This document shows, one piece after another, positions 9,633 to 19,884 of a DNA stretch of 64,000 nucleotides. The stretch is taken from positions 1 through 64,000 of the forward strand of contig CAVVXT010000012.1 of the NCBI GenBank assembly GCA_963752255.1, read 5' to 3'. The DNA is from Nitrososphaeria archaeon. GTDB lineage: Archaea; Thermoproteota; Nitrososphaeria; JACIWG01. Both the position numbers and the translations under genes were made by a program. Numbering within the stretch: position 1 is the stretch's first letter; each line of letters starts with the position of its first letter. Below the pieces are notes generated by a model. The model had not been told where the DNA came from. It saw only the letters and a list, made by a program, of their open reading frames with translations, and ran no database searches.

Positions 9633-10562
9633 TTAGAGTACAATGTTAAACCTTTTCATTGCATATTCTTTCAGAATTTTTGGATAGTCACCATATTTGG
9701 ATCGATTATATAATGTAAGTTTACCTAGATAATCCTTAAAGTAGATTCTCGATGCTTCTTCAATATTTTTTGTATTGTATTCTTCTAGAATCCTATTTTG
9801 AACATATTTTTCTAAATTTATTTTACCTATAAGATCTCTCTCAAACAACTCCTGCCAATATTTTCTGAAAAGAAGACGTTTTGGTGGTTTTACAGAACGT
9901 AAGTGAAAAGATAATGGTTTATCGATTGTAAGTCTTTTTGCATAATAAAATGGTACACGCATATATTCAAAGCCATGGGGAATCTGTACGAAAACAGAAC
10001 GTGGAGAATATTTCGAAAGCCAATGTTCAAATTGAAGCGTTTCTCCTAAATTCTGATGGTATAAATCTCCATCCAAACAAATGTGAGGCCAATAAATAAC
10101 ATAGAATCTCTTGACATTAAGACTCCCAATCAATTCCCTTATCGTAAATGGCATTTCTTCTTTTGCTATAAAGTCTCCATCCCATCTTAAAACCCATTTA
10201 TAATTTGTAAGTTTAAATCCTTTATTTGATAAATTCACAATATTTTCATCAAAATCGATAATATGATTTATGTTTAACCCCCATTTTTCTTTTATATCTT
10301 CGATGATTCTTGTAGTATTATCCGTAGAACTGTCAATAATAACATATTCGCTAACAAGGTCTTTTATACTCAAGAGAGAAGGTTCAATCCACCATTCTTC
10401 ATTCTTAACTCTAACAAGAGCGGAAATTCCTTCCAATTTGTCAGATAAAGTTGCTGAAGGGACAAGCTCACTTAGACTACACAAATCTACAAGAAAATTC
10501 CTCATACTATCAGATATTCTATGTCCAATAAATTTTCTAACATTCGCTAAAAAAGTTGACAT
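9633..10562 (-). CDS. GT2/GT-A glycosyltransferase
   Basis: ISALVRVKNEE...VIIDSSTDNT, with DxD in WDGD. Confidence 0.85.
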   Translation of the reverse strand: MSTFLANVRKFIGHRISDSMRNFLVDLCSLSELVPSATLSDKLEGISALVRVKNEEWWIEPSLLSIKDLVSEYVIIDSSTDNTTRIIEDIKEKWGLNINHIIDFDENIVNLSNKGFKLTNYKWVLRWDGDFIAKEEMPFTIRELIGSLNVKRFYVIYWPHICLDGDLYHQNLGETLQFEHWLSKYSPRSVFVQIPHGFEYMRVPFYYAKRLTIDKPLSFHLRSVKPPKRLLFRKYWQELFERDLIGKINLEKYVQNRILEEYNTKNIEEASRIYFKDYLGKLTLYNRSKYGDYPKILKEYAMKRFNIVL

Positions 10563-10705
10563 AGTTTTACATTCATTTGATTTTTTAAAATTTTAAAAAG
10601 TATTAGGCAAATGATAGTTGTGTCAACCCCATCGTAGTTTGTTGTCATATCATTAAATCTCTCAAAAATGTACACTGCACCTTAAACCTAATCGTAGAAA
10701 AATTT

Positions 10706-12274
10706 CTAACCATTTTGAAAACGTGCAATAAGTTTTGATTCATAATTCAGAATAGGTTTTAGAATTGGCCAAATAATCCTTATCTTTTTAAACATCATCG
10801 TTACATTTTCTATATCAATCGGATTTATCGCTCTAACTAAAGGCAAAAGAGTTAAGTAAACAAAAAGAAATAAAAGACCGTTGATCACCAAACTTGTTAT
10901 ACTACTTAATGTTAATGTATTGACTATCAGTAAAACTGGTACAGCCGAAATAAATGATGCCAAGTATATTTTTAATGATGCTTTAAAGTCTGGGGTGGTT
11001 CCAACTTTCTTTATTGCAATATTTAATTCATATAAAGTTATAACTATACCAGAAATGATTGTTGATATTATTAAGCCAGATACGCCATAAAAAAAAGTTA
11101 GGATCAAGGCTAAAGGTAAAAAGACAAAAAAATTTATTGTATTGGCTTTAAATATTATCTTCGTTTCTCCTATCCCATTGAGCAAATTACCTAAGATGAT
11201 GCTACCAACGCCAGCGAAGAAGTAGGTCAAAACACTAAGTTGAAGAAATAGTGGAGCAAGTGGGAAATCTTGACCATACAAAATCTGGACAATCTCCTTC
11301 GAAAGAATTGCTATTATGAGTGCTGACGGAACTACTATCAAAGAAGTATACTTGATTGAGCGTTTAAAGATTCTTTTAAGTTCGTCGCTACTGGAACTAA
11401 CTTTTGAGAATGCAGGGAAGAGCACATCAAATGGAACGGTTAGGATACTTAGCATTGACACCAACATTATTGCGACACTATAGTTCCCGATTTCAGCATT
11501 TGAAGAAAAATGAGCTAATATGATTGTCTGAAATGGCGATATTATGAAACCGAACAAACCTGAAGCGTAGAGAGGAATACCATAGTGTAAAATAACTTTA
11601 GAATTGCTTGTAAAGCCATCTTGAGAAGAGTTACCGAGTTTCCTGTAAAATCGTATGAACACGAGACTACCCAAAACGCTGGCAACTACATACCCTAAGA
11701 TATGACCTGTTAATGCGCCAAAGATCCCTAGTCCGAGAAGGATAAGTAAAGGTGACAGAGCCGTTTTTACAGCTGCCTGAATAAAAGATGTTAGAGCTGT
11801 TCCCTCCATCTTATCTAATCCCATAAAAGAAGATCCTAACGAATTGAAAATAGTTTGAAATATAATAAGAAGCGATGTAAATTTAATAAAGGGACTTAGT
11901 TCAAGACGATTCGTAAAATAGACGGCTATGAAATCCGAAAAAACAAAGCATATACAAAAAACTGTTACACCTATTAGCAGCTTTAAGATAAAACCTGTTC
12001 TAAGAATACTGGCTACAAGATCGTTTTTCCCTTCAGATCTATATTTTGCTGTGAATTTAGTCATAGCAGAGTTTATTCCGAAATCTAAGGAGTTAATGAA
12101 TAAGGAAGGTGCAACTATTGAAAGGGAATAAAGTCCATAGTTATCTTGACCGAGTAATCGAGCAATGAGAATTGAGGCAATCGCTACTATTAAGAGTGAA
12201 ACGAAATTGCCTGAAAATAGAAAGAAACCGCCTCGAGCTGAATCTTCTGCTATTCTTGTTAGGTTATCGGCCAT
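10706..12274 (-). CDS. Wzx-type oligosaccharide flippase (locus B)
   Basis: 522-aa polytopic protein with IARLLGQDNYGLY, DFGINSA, IGNY and LFPAFSK. Confidence 0.92.
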   Translation of the reverse strand: MADNLTRIAEDSARGGFFLFSGNFVSLLIVAIASILIARLLGQDNYGLYSLSIVAPSLFINSLDFGINSAMTKFTAKYRSEGKNDLVASILRTGFILKLLIGVTVFCICFVFSDFIAVYFTNRLELSPFIKFTSLLIIFQTIFNSLGSSFMGLDKMEGTALTSFIQAAVKTALSPLLILLGLGIFGALTGHILGYVVASVLGSLVFIRFYRKLGNSSQDGFTSNSKVILHYGIPLYASGLFGFIISPFQTIILAHFSSNAEIGNYSVAIMLVSMLSILTVPFDVLFPAFSKVSSSSDELKRIFKRSIKYTSLIVVPSALIIAILSKEIVQILYGQDFPLAPLFLQLSVLTYFFAGVGSIILGNLLNGIGETKIIFKANTINFFVFLPLALILTFFYGVSGLIISTIISGIVITLYELNIAIKKVGTTPDFKASLKIYLASFISAVPVLLIVNTLTLSSITSLVINGLLFLFVYLTLLPLVRAINPIDIENVTMMFKKIRIIWPILKPILNYESKLIARFQNG

Positions 12275-12295
12275 TGCCTTTCACTCGAATTAGGT

Positions 12296-12412
12296 TTAGA
12301 TGTTTTTTCCAAATGGGTATATAAAGGGGCTTGAAATTTTTTCAAGCTCTTTATCTTTAATTCCATCCTTGAGCTTGTAATTCGGAATTATTACTACTAC
12401 CCATGGAGTCAA
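12296..12412 (-). pseudogene. Internally deleted GT2 gene (head fused to tail)
   Basis: MTPWVVVIIPNY-KLKDGIKDKELEKISSPFIYPFGKNI*: the first GT2 beta-strand motif is joined directly to a C-terminal-like segment and fills the intergenic gap. Confidence 0.6.
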
Positions 12413-12422
12413 AGGTTAATTT

Positions 12423-13046
12423 TCAACTCCGAGTTGTCACAAAGTTTAATAGTATTTCAGAAGATTCTTCTACGCTTTTATTTGTCGTATCGAGTGTAAA
12501 GGCATTCAAGATTTTGGCTAGTTTCTCATAGAGTGTAAGTTGTCTTTGTAGAAATAGAAAATCAATATCTGCCCTTCTTTTAATTAATTCTCTATATTCT
12601 GCAGTTACATAAACTCTGGCTTTTGAATTTAAAGCTAAAGCACTTAAGAATCTAGATACAAAAGAATTATAATATTGAGGGTCATCTGTTGTCAAAGTAA
12701 CCCAAACTATAAAATCAGGTACATATCTTTCAGCTATTACTATAAAACCTAATAAATTTGGAATAATGAAGCGCAGCAATATTATTGGAATAACGGAAAT
12801 AAATTCTATTAATTTCCATATAGGGAGAAATTTCTTGGGAATAGTTATTTGATAGTAAGGATTGTTTTCTCCTTTAAAGATTATAAATTTTTTAAGAAAT
12901 CTTGCGATAACAGATGCTATAGTATGACTTCCTCTCATCCATGAAATCTTTGTTTTACACCCTTTACCTTGAAGGTAAGTCGCGAGTGTTCTAGCCAAAG
13001 AAGTCTTTCCAGATCCGTCGGGTCCAAAAAAGCAAATGATTGTCAT
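12423..13046 (-). CDS. Thymidylate-kinase-like P-loop kinase
   Basis: GPDGSGKT P-loop, IAERYVPD and LDTT. Confidence 0.8.
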   Translation of the reverse strand: MTIICFFGPDGSGKTSLARTLATYLQGKGCKTKISWMRGSHTIASVIARFLKKFIIFKGENNPYYQITIPKKFLPIWKLIEFISVIPIILLRFIIPNLLGFIVIAERYVPDFIVWVTLTTDDPQYYNSFVSRFLSALALNSKARVYVTAEYRELIKRRADIDFLFLQRQLTLYEKLAKILNAFTLDTTNKSVEESSEILLNFVTTRS

Positions 13047-13777
13047 TTTTTATTCGCATCGTCCTTAACTAGAAAACATTTCCAATTCTTGTTTAGAAAT
13101 TCCATTATATTTTTTTGTGTTTCTTTGATTGTTTTATTGTCAATTCTAAGATAGAGAAGTTTGGAAGAAAGTTTGTTTGCAATATTAAAGAGAACCGAAC
13201 GTTGCATACCAATATAGTCAGGAGCAATTAATATATTCGTATAAAGTTCAGCACGGCTATTCCTATTTTTCCAGTGCGTTAGGAGATCTTTTATGCTCGT
13301 ATCAAGGAAAATTATCAAATAAGATCCACCTATATAGGATAGTTTTTGCATATAATTTATCACAAAAGAAAGATTCTTAATAGGATATCCAATTGACCTT
13401 GCAAAGTACATATAATCCGATATTGTTGCCGGAAAATATTCCTCCACTATAACTATCCTTCCCCTCTTAATTGGGATATAGATTTTTAAAAAGAAGCTGA
13501 TGGACAGGCTTATTAAGTCAAGTGTTAACCATAACCTATAAATTTTTTTCATGAGTTCAGGTTTATTTTCTATTAATGTTCCTATTGGGTAAGAATATTC
13601 TTTATCTTTAACTAGCAGTTTAACTAAAAAGATAGTAAAAAGGTATGCTAAAAGGTGATTGGTTTTAAGGAAACTTGTCCTAACTTTGAATCCATCAGAT
13701 TTGAGTCTTGACTCAAGAAGCCCTATCTGAGTCGATTTTCCAACTCCTACAGTTCCAAGAAATACTAAGAGAGACAT
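13043..13777 (-). CDS. Second thymidylate-kinase-like P-loop protein
   Basis: GTVGVGKST, IVIVEEY and IIFLD; ATGA overlap with the downstream kinase. Confidence 0.75.
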   Translation of the reverse strand: MSLLVFLGTVGVGKSTQIGLLESRLKSDGFKVRTSFLKTNHLLAYLFTIFLVKLLVKDKEYSYPIGTLIENKPELMKKIYRLWLTLDLISLSISFFLKIYIPIKRGRIVIVEEYFPATISDYMYFARSIGYPIKNLSFVINYMQKLSYIGGSYLIIFLDTSIKDLLTHWKNRNSRAELYTNILIAPDYIGMQRSVLFNIANKLSSKLLYLRIDNKTIKETQKNIMEFLNKNWKCFLVKDDANKK

Positions 13778-13779
13778 CT

Positions 13780-13949
13780 TTAGGTCTTCAGAGTTACCTT
13801 ATTGTATATCTCCAGAGTTCTTTGTGCCATAATCTAGCTCGAAAATAATTCACGCGCTCTCAAATACGCTTCTCTTTCTAAGTATAAGAGCCTATACCAG
13901 CCCATGCCTTACTTGAAGAATAAACCCTTGACATAAGGCAAACTTTCAT
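13780..13949 (-). pseudogene. Internally deleted GT4 gene (head fused to tail)
   Basis: MKVCLMSRVYSSSKAWAGIGSYT* is followed immediately by ..REAYLRARELFSS*IMAQRTLEIYNKVTLKT*. Confidence 0.8.
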
Positions 13950-14028
13950 ATTATAATCATTATTTGTGAAATAATTTCAAAGAAAAGTTAAATGATTCAA
14001 TCAAAGTTCAATAACATTTTTGGTTGTT

Positions 14029-15251
14029 CTAATTTTCGAGGAGAATCTTAGATAATTTCTTCATGATAGAATCTTCATTAAACCTTTCCAATGTAGAATT
14101 TCTGAGACCTAAGCCAATATTGGAAAGTTGTTCTCCTGACAATGAAAGTACATATTCAACTTTATCTACTAATTCATTTAAATTGTCAGGTTTAAAAATC
14201 ATTTTTTCTGCAAAAGTTCCTTGGACAATTTCTGGAACACCTCCCACTTCAGAGACTATGGGAATGGTTCCCGTTAACATCGATTCTAGAACAGTATAAG
14301 GTAAGGGTTCTTCCAGAATCGAAGTAAATAGTAATGCATTACTTATAGAATATAGTTTCGACATTTCGTCTCTATTTATTCGATCGAAAATTGATAACCT
14401 TCCTTCAAGTACTTTATCGCCTAAGTTTGTTAGCATATTTTTTGCTTTTAAGTTAAATCCTCCAGCAAGTAAGAATTTTGTTCTGCTATGTTTTTGACAT
14501 ATTTTTCGAAATGTATTTAAAATTAAATGGAAACCCTTGAAGTATCGATCGCCACCCAAGTACAGGAATGCTGGATTTTCTATCTTCTTATCGCTTAAAG
14601 TGATATGTGGCAACGGGTTATAGGCAACTTTGATCTTGTTTTGTACTCCGGGTATGACTGATCCTATAATCTGACCTTGCCTTTTTGAAACACAAATTAC
14701 TTTATCGGCAGACATTATCCACAGCTTACTTAATCTATTTACAGGAGTTAAAGAAATGAAAGCAGTGCCTTGTATATTTTTTGCTTCTCAAGAATTTCGA
14801 ATTCAGTGCTTCTCCTCATATCATCCAATAATCCAAACTTAAAATCCGATTTCGTATTACTAAAGATACCTGCACAATATGTGATAGGCTGGTAGTCGTG
14901 GAGATGAACTAAGACTTTCTTACCAAGTTTCTTTACATTTGGAACAAGAGGGTAAGCCAGTCTTGGAATGTACGTGATATCATTGTTTTTTATAATTTCA
15001 TTGAAAGAACCCAGTTTACTCGCTGTAATTAGATTTCTCCATAAGTGTATCTTCGTTGGAGTGTCTAGAATATCTGAGTAAATAAAATTGGCGCCATCCG
15101 TTTTGTATGGTTCTTTTGTTCCTGTCAAAACGGTTATCTTTAAGTTGCTGGTTCTTTTATTCAGTAAGTTTAGTATTAGATGTGTAGCGTACTCTGCTCC
15201 TCCACCTTGCGGCCAGTACTTTTCAGAAATTACAAGAATTTTGGTGGTCGT
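14029..15251 (-). pseudogene. GT4 glycosyltransferase with ACG in place of the start codon and a frameshift near 14750-14790
   Basis: ACG-TTKILVISEKYWPQGGGAE is in frame with ORF 14748-15128 and has TAG directly upstream. It continues as LTPVNRLSKLWIMSADK...EEPLPYTVLE. Confidence 0.85.
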
Positions 15252-15395
15252 CTAAATCATTTCAATTAAATTCATAATATGTTGTCTACACGTTTTGTGT
15301 GATTATTCAAAAGTCTCATTATAATAATAGACCTTGTCAAAGCAAAAGCTGCTCTTCCATTCGCTCTGAAATATTGTTGTAATAATAATTTTCAA
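15252..15395 (-). pseudogene. Short gene remnant abutting both neighbours (family unknown)
   Basis: A TTG overlapping the upstream TGA gives MKIIITTIFQSEWK...TFE*SHKTCRQHIMNLIEMI*. The final TAG directly precedes the next start position. Confidence 0.4.
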
Positions 15396-16546
15396 GTACG
15401 GATACCTACCAAGGTGTTCTTAAAATATTTCTCGACGCAATCTACAACCTGGTTCCAGTTGTGGTGTCCAGCTGTATTAAGTCCATTTTGTCTGATTTTT
15501 TTAGTTAATTCAATCTCAATTAATAGTTTAGATATAGCCTCAGACAACTTGTTCGGATCCTTTGGAGGCACTAACAATGTGTTATAGCCATCTACGGCAT
15601 ATTCCCTTACACCTAAGCAGTCCGTAGTAACTACAGGCGTCCCACATGCCATTGCCTCGAGAGGAGGTAAACCAAAACCTTCAACGTGAGAAGAATATAC
15701 AAATAGATTTGCAGAAGAATACAATTTCGCGAGTTCATCATCACTTGGACTCTCAAAGAATAAGAAGGGAAAGTTGGGTTTCACTTCTTTTGTAATTCTA
15801 TCAAAAACTGATTTTCTTCCAACAGCGATAAGATTAAGTTTTGGTAATTTCTCGAATGACATATTTAGTGCACAAATGAGATCCCTTTCTCCTTTATTTG
15901 GGTATCCGTACTTGAAAATTCCCATAACTTTTTGATCATCGCCTCCATCAAGTATTCCTTTCCTTGGATAGAATACATTTTGGTTTACAGCACTACCAAT
16001 AACGACTGCATCTTTGTTATAATTCTCTTTAAGCCATTCCTTAAGCCAAGTTGAAACAGTCATAAAGTGGAAAGGGAGATGAAGGCTTTCACTGAACACT
16101 TGCATGCCATAACTGCCACTTATATTCCTAACAAGTTCTTCGTAATCCATTACAAGATAGAAGGGCACACCTATTTTACTTCTATATACAGCCATAGCTT
16201 CATAGGAACTAGATGCAACATTAATGTCGCAGGTAGGAATTGCCTCTGTCAGTAATTTTACAAAATCCCATTCAATCCCTAATAGTATAGAAATCCTCTC
16301 AACAGTCCAAAAATATGTTTCCGTTCTCCTACTCTTTAATTTAGACCAAATATCAACATACCTAGACCATTTTTTAGGAGGTCTAACATAATTGACCTTT
16401 GCCTTTAGGGGAAACCAGGAGTGATCTCCACGTAACGCTGTTATGGTCACCTCATTTCCCCGTGCTTCAAGCCCATTGGCTATTTCAAATATCTGCCTAA
16501 TACCGCCTGTCATATATGTGTATAATAATGTGAAATTAATTCTCAT
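15392..16546 (-). CDS. GT4 glycosyltransferase (paralog of 17477-18655)
   Basis: TGGIRQIFEIANGL and EGFGLPPLEAMACG. Confidence 0.92.
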   Translation of the reverse strand: MRINFTLLYTYMTGGIRQIFEIANGLEARGNEVTITALRGDHSWFPLKAKVNYVRPPKKWSRYVDIWSKLKSRRTETYFWTVERISILLGIEWDFVKLLTEAIPTCDINVASSSYEAMAVYRSKIGVPFYLVMDYEELVRNISGSYGMQVFSESLHLPFHFMTVSTWLKEWLKENYNKDAVVIGSAVNQNVFYPRKGILDGGDDQKVMGIFKYGYPNKGERDLICALNMSFEKLPKLNLIAVGRKSVFDRITKEVKPNFPFLFFESPSDDELAKLYSSANLFVYSSHVEGFGLPPLEAMACGTPVVTTDCLGVREYAVDGYNTLLVPPKDPNKLSEAISKLLIEIELTKKIRQNGLNTAGHHNWNQVVDCVEKYFKNTLVGIRT

Positions 16547-16560
16547 AAGATTAGCTTAAA

Positions 16561-17424
16561 TTAAAAATTTTTTTGTCGTTTGATGGCCTTCAGTACAATG
16601 ACATCGAAAGTCTCCCCAAACACTGGGACAATAGAAACTTTATAATCTAATCCTCTAAAGAACTGTATCAAATCAAATAAGATTGATTTGCTATGGCATT
16701 CGATTACATAGTTGGGTATCGATTTCACCAAGGTTTTGTTAGCATGAAGAAGACTTTTTTCACAACCTTCACAATCAAACTTTGCTATGTCAAAACCTTC
16801 AGAAAGAATTTCGTCTATTGACTTTACTTCAATCATAGCTTTATTTGGCCCATTTAGTCCAAAATCCGAAGATAATAGATCATTATAACAAACCTCAATT
16901 TTGCCACTATGTCCACTAACACCAGCTTGTTCAACTCGGCCCGGAACTTTATTCAACATCATATTCAATCTTGAAAGGAAATAATGCTCTTCTGCTGGTT
17001 CATATACTACAACTTCCTTTGCTCCCCATGTTTTGAAAAAGACGGCTGTTTCGCCGATGAAGCCTCCTACATCAAGAACTTTCATGCCGTTGTAGTCAAA
17101 TATCTGATATTGCTCTTCAAAATTTTCCTCTATAACAGGAAGGCAGTGGAGAGGAGCGACGAGATTAACAGTTCCTTTTTGTGCTAGCCATAATGTATTT
17201 CCTTTATATTTTAACTTAAATTGTCTAGCCTCAAATCCATTCTGGAAAATAATCCTTAACTTATTGTATGAATCAAAATCTGTTATTGTATGCTCGCCGT
17301 TTGGAAGGATAATCGCTCCAGAGCCTCCTTGTATAAGAATTCTGAAAGCTACCCAAGGATTTCTAGCGAAGAAAGCCTTCTTTGTGCAAATGTAGAGGTT
17401 AAAGAAAGAGTCTATGAATGGCAA
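16561..17424 (-). CDS. FkbM-family methyltransferase
   Basis: VLDVGGFIGET, YEP, KFDCEGCE and IECH. Confidence 0.88.
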   Translation of the reverse strand: MPFIDSFFNLYICTKKAFFARNPWVAFRILIQGGSGAIILPNGEHTITDFDSYNKLRIIFQNGFEARQFKLKYKGNTLWLAQKGTVNLVAPLHCLPVIEENFEEQYQIFDYNGMKVLDVGGFIGETAVFFKTWGAKEVVVYEPAEEHYFLSRLNMMLNKVPGRVEQAGVSGHSGKIEVCYNDLLSSDFGLNGPNKAMIEVKSIDEILSEGFDIAKFDCEGCEKSLLHANKTLVKSIPNYVIECHSKSILFDLIQFFRGLDYKVSIVPVFGETFDVIVLKAIKRQKNF

Positions 17425-17476
17425 AAGGTTTCTTAACCTTTAATCCAAATATATGAATTAAGTAGATATTGCATTC

Positions 17477-18655
17477 CTATAGATCTCTAAATGATTCTTC
17501 GATTCGTTTTACAACTACGTCCCATGTGAAATGCCTAACAACCTCAAGACCGCCTTTAATAACACTTTCTTTAAGGTTGCTATCATTTAGTAAACGATGA
17601 CATGCATAAGTGAGCTTTTCAATATCACCTGGAGGAGCAAGTAGACAATTATAACCATCAATGGCATATTCCCTGTTACCTAAACAGTCTGTGGACACCA
17701 CAGCGGTTCCGCAGGCCATTGCTTCGAGGGGTGGTAAACCAAAACTTTCGATGTAGGAAGTATAAAGGAATAGGTCTGAAGAGCAATAAAGAGCACTTAA
17801 TTTTTCATCATCTATTGTTCCAAAGCATGCGTAATCGAAATCTGGTTTTACTAAGCTAAAAGTCTTTTGGACACTACTAGTTGAACCTACTATTATAGCA
17901 TGAATTGGTATCTTTTTATTGATTGAGTTAAGTGTTTTCATGGCTACTTCATCACCCTTTTGCTTCGACCCCCGTGCGATGATCATCACTTTTGGCTTAT
18001 GAATATCGAGTAGGGTCTTGCCTTCTTGTGGATGGAATACCTTCTCATTTACTCCTACACCTACTACTTTACTCTTAGCATATGGTTGACATTTTGTCAC
18101 CAAATCCTGAGTGTACTTTGAATTAGTTAGAAAGTAAAAGGGCATCATTAGGCTGGCTTCAAACATTTTTAGACAATAATCTTCATAATATTTACATTGT
18201 TCTTTAACTAAGTCTGGGAAATCTTGAACAATGTAGTAAGGCTTACCTTTATTGCTAAAATATACTGCAAAGGCAGTAGGATACCAAGTTGCGATATTTA
18301 TGTCACAATCAGGAATATTTTCAGCAATAAATGGAATAAGATCTAGTGAAGTCCCAAAATGCATTTTAAGAAGTCTATCCATGTAGAAGACAGGCGATTC
18401 TTCAGGCCTTCTCCTTGATTTTCTGTAAGTTCTTATTATATTGTTGAAAATCCTAAAGGCTCTTTTATTTGGCAAGGTGCTTATACAGTTGACTTTTGCC
18501 CTTAGTTGAAACCATGAATAGTCTCCTGTTAATGTTGTTATAATCACATTATGATTTAGATCGCTAAGCCTATTCGCTATTTCGAATATGGCCCTATTTC
18601 CGCCTGTTCTTTCTGTGCCCCACATAGTAATATTTATTTTCAGTTTTGCCATCAC
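17477..18655 (-). CDS. GT4 glycosyltransferase (paralog of 15392-16546)
   Basis: TGGNRAIFEIANRL and ESFGLPPLEAMACG. Confidence 0.92.
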   Translation of the reverse strand: MMAKLKINITMWGTERTGGNRAIFEIANRLSDLNHNVIITTLTGDYSWFQLRAKVNCISTLPNKRAFRIFNNIIRTYRKSRRRPEESPVFYMDRLLKMHFGTSLDLIPFIAENIPDCDINIATWYPTAFAVYFSNKGKPYYIVQDFPDLVKEQCKYYEDYCLKMFEASLMMPFYFLTNSKYTQDLVTKCQPYAKSKVVGVGVNEKVFHPQEGKTLLDIHKPKVMIIARGSKQKGDEVAMKTLNSINKKIPIHAIIVGSTSSVQKTFSLVKPDFDYACFGTIDDEKLSALYCSSDLFLYTSYIESFGLPPLEAMACGTAVVSTDCLGNREYAIDGYNCLLAPPGDIEKLTYACHRLLNDSNLKESVIKGGLEVVRHFTWDVVVKRIEESFRDL

Positions 18656-18681
18656 GTCATCAAAATACTTTTAGATAATTT

Positions 18682-19884
18682 TCATTTAACTTTTGAATTG
18701 TAAACTACAAAATGTACTATTTGCCCTACTTTTGATTTGAATTTCTCTTCAGAAAACTGCTTAGATATTTCACTTAGTGTTAATCGTTCGCTTTGAGGTG
18801 AATTAATATATTTTTCAATAATTTGAGTTGCATCATGAAGCGAATGGTATATGTATTTTTTTGGAACAAACTCTGGTGGCCCTCCTGAGTCAGGAACTAC
18901 CGGTATTAATCCTGCGGCCATCGCTTCAACGATGGAAATGCCAAAATGCTCTCCAGGCATTGTATGTAAATATATTTTAGATTTTGCCATTAGATTTAGC
19001 ATTTCATCAGATTCAATATTTGTTTTAATTTCTATTCTGCTATCTAAATCATAACATTCAATTTTCTTTTTTAATGCCATATAATAATCCGTGTAATGCC
19101 TAAAAGGAGAAAGTGTTCCAACAATTGTGCACTTTATGTTCTTAGGCAGTAGCTTTACAATTTCTATTGTTTTCTCCAATTGTTTTAGAGGGTCTATTCT
19201 CGATACAACAAGTATCCTATCCTCTCTCTGTTTAGAGTCTAAGACTTGAGCGAATTTATCGATATCTACAGGCGGTCTACAGACAATTGGTTCTACTTTA
19301 TCATAGAGGGATTTAATCTTTCTTTTTGTAAAATTCGAATTCGTTAGGATAGTACTTTTGTGGATTGCAAGTTTCTCTAGGAAGTTTAGAATCCGACCGA
19401 AAATGAGACGATAAGAGGTGAAATATACTTTCCAAACAAACGATTTTGCATACTTTGGAGTATATTCGTTATCGCTTTGCAATTCATGAACAGGAGGTTG
19501 ATGTATGTATGTGACTAAAGGAGCACTATTAAATGTAGAGTAAGGTGCACTAAGACTAAACCAAGGAAGGATAGTTTCTCCTTTAGCGTTCAAAATTAAG
19601 TCTGCTTTTGTCGTGGCACATAATAATAGGGTCATCAGTACAGGGGCGATTTGAAGATGGATTGGCCATCGCTGACAATCTACCTGTGATACAAATACAG
19701 ATTTGACTTTATCTATTTTAATATCCGTGTCAAATAGCCTATTGATGACATTAATTCTTGGTCTATGTAATGTTATTAAGCATACCTCAAACCCCATTTC
19801 TCTTAAAGCTTCGATGGCTGTAATTGCTAAACGCTCGCCTCCTCCTAATGTTTCAAAGCTTGGATAGATCAGGACAGCCTTCAA
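18682..19884 (-). CDS. GT4 glycosyltransferase, ALG11-like
   Basis: GGGERL, NSNFT, PPVD and LHTMPGEHFGISIVEAMAAG. Confidence 0.88.
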   Translation of the reverse strand: MKAVLIYPSFETLGGGERLAITAIEALREMGFEVCLITLHRPRINVINRLFDTDIKIDKVKSVFVSQVDCQRWPIHLQIAPVLMTLLLCATTKADLILNAKGETILPWFSLSAPYSTFNSAPLVTYIHQPPVHELQSDNEYTPKYAKSFVWKVYFTSYRLIFGRILNFLEKLAIHKSTILTNSNFTKRKIKSLYDKVEPIVCRPPVDIDKFAQVLDSKQREDRILVVSRIDPLKQLEKTIEIVKLLPKNIKCTIVGTLSPFRHYTDYYMALKKKIECYDLDSRIEIKTNIESDEMLNLMAKSKIYLHTMPGEHFGISIVEAMAAGLIPVVPDSGGPPEFVPKKYIYHSLHDATQIIEKYINSPQSERLTLSEISKQFSEEKFKSKVGQIVHFVVYNSKVK

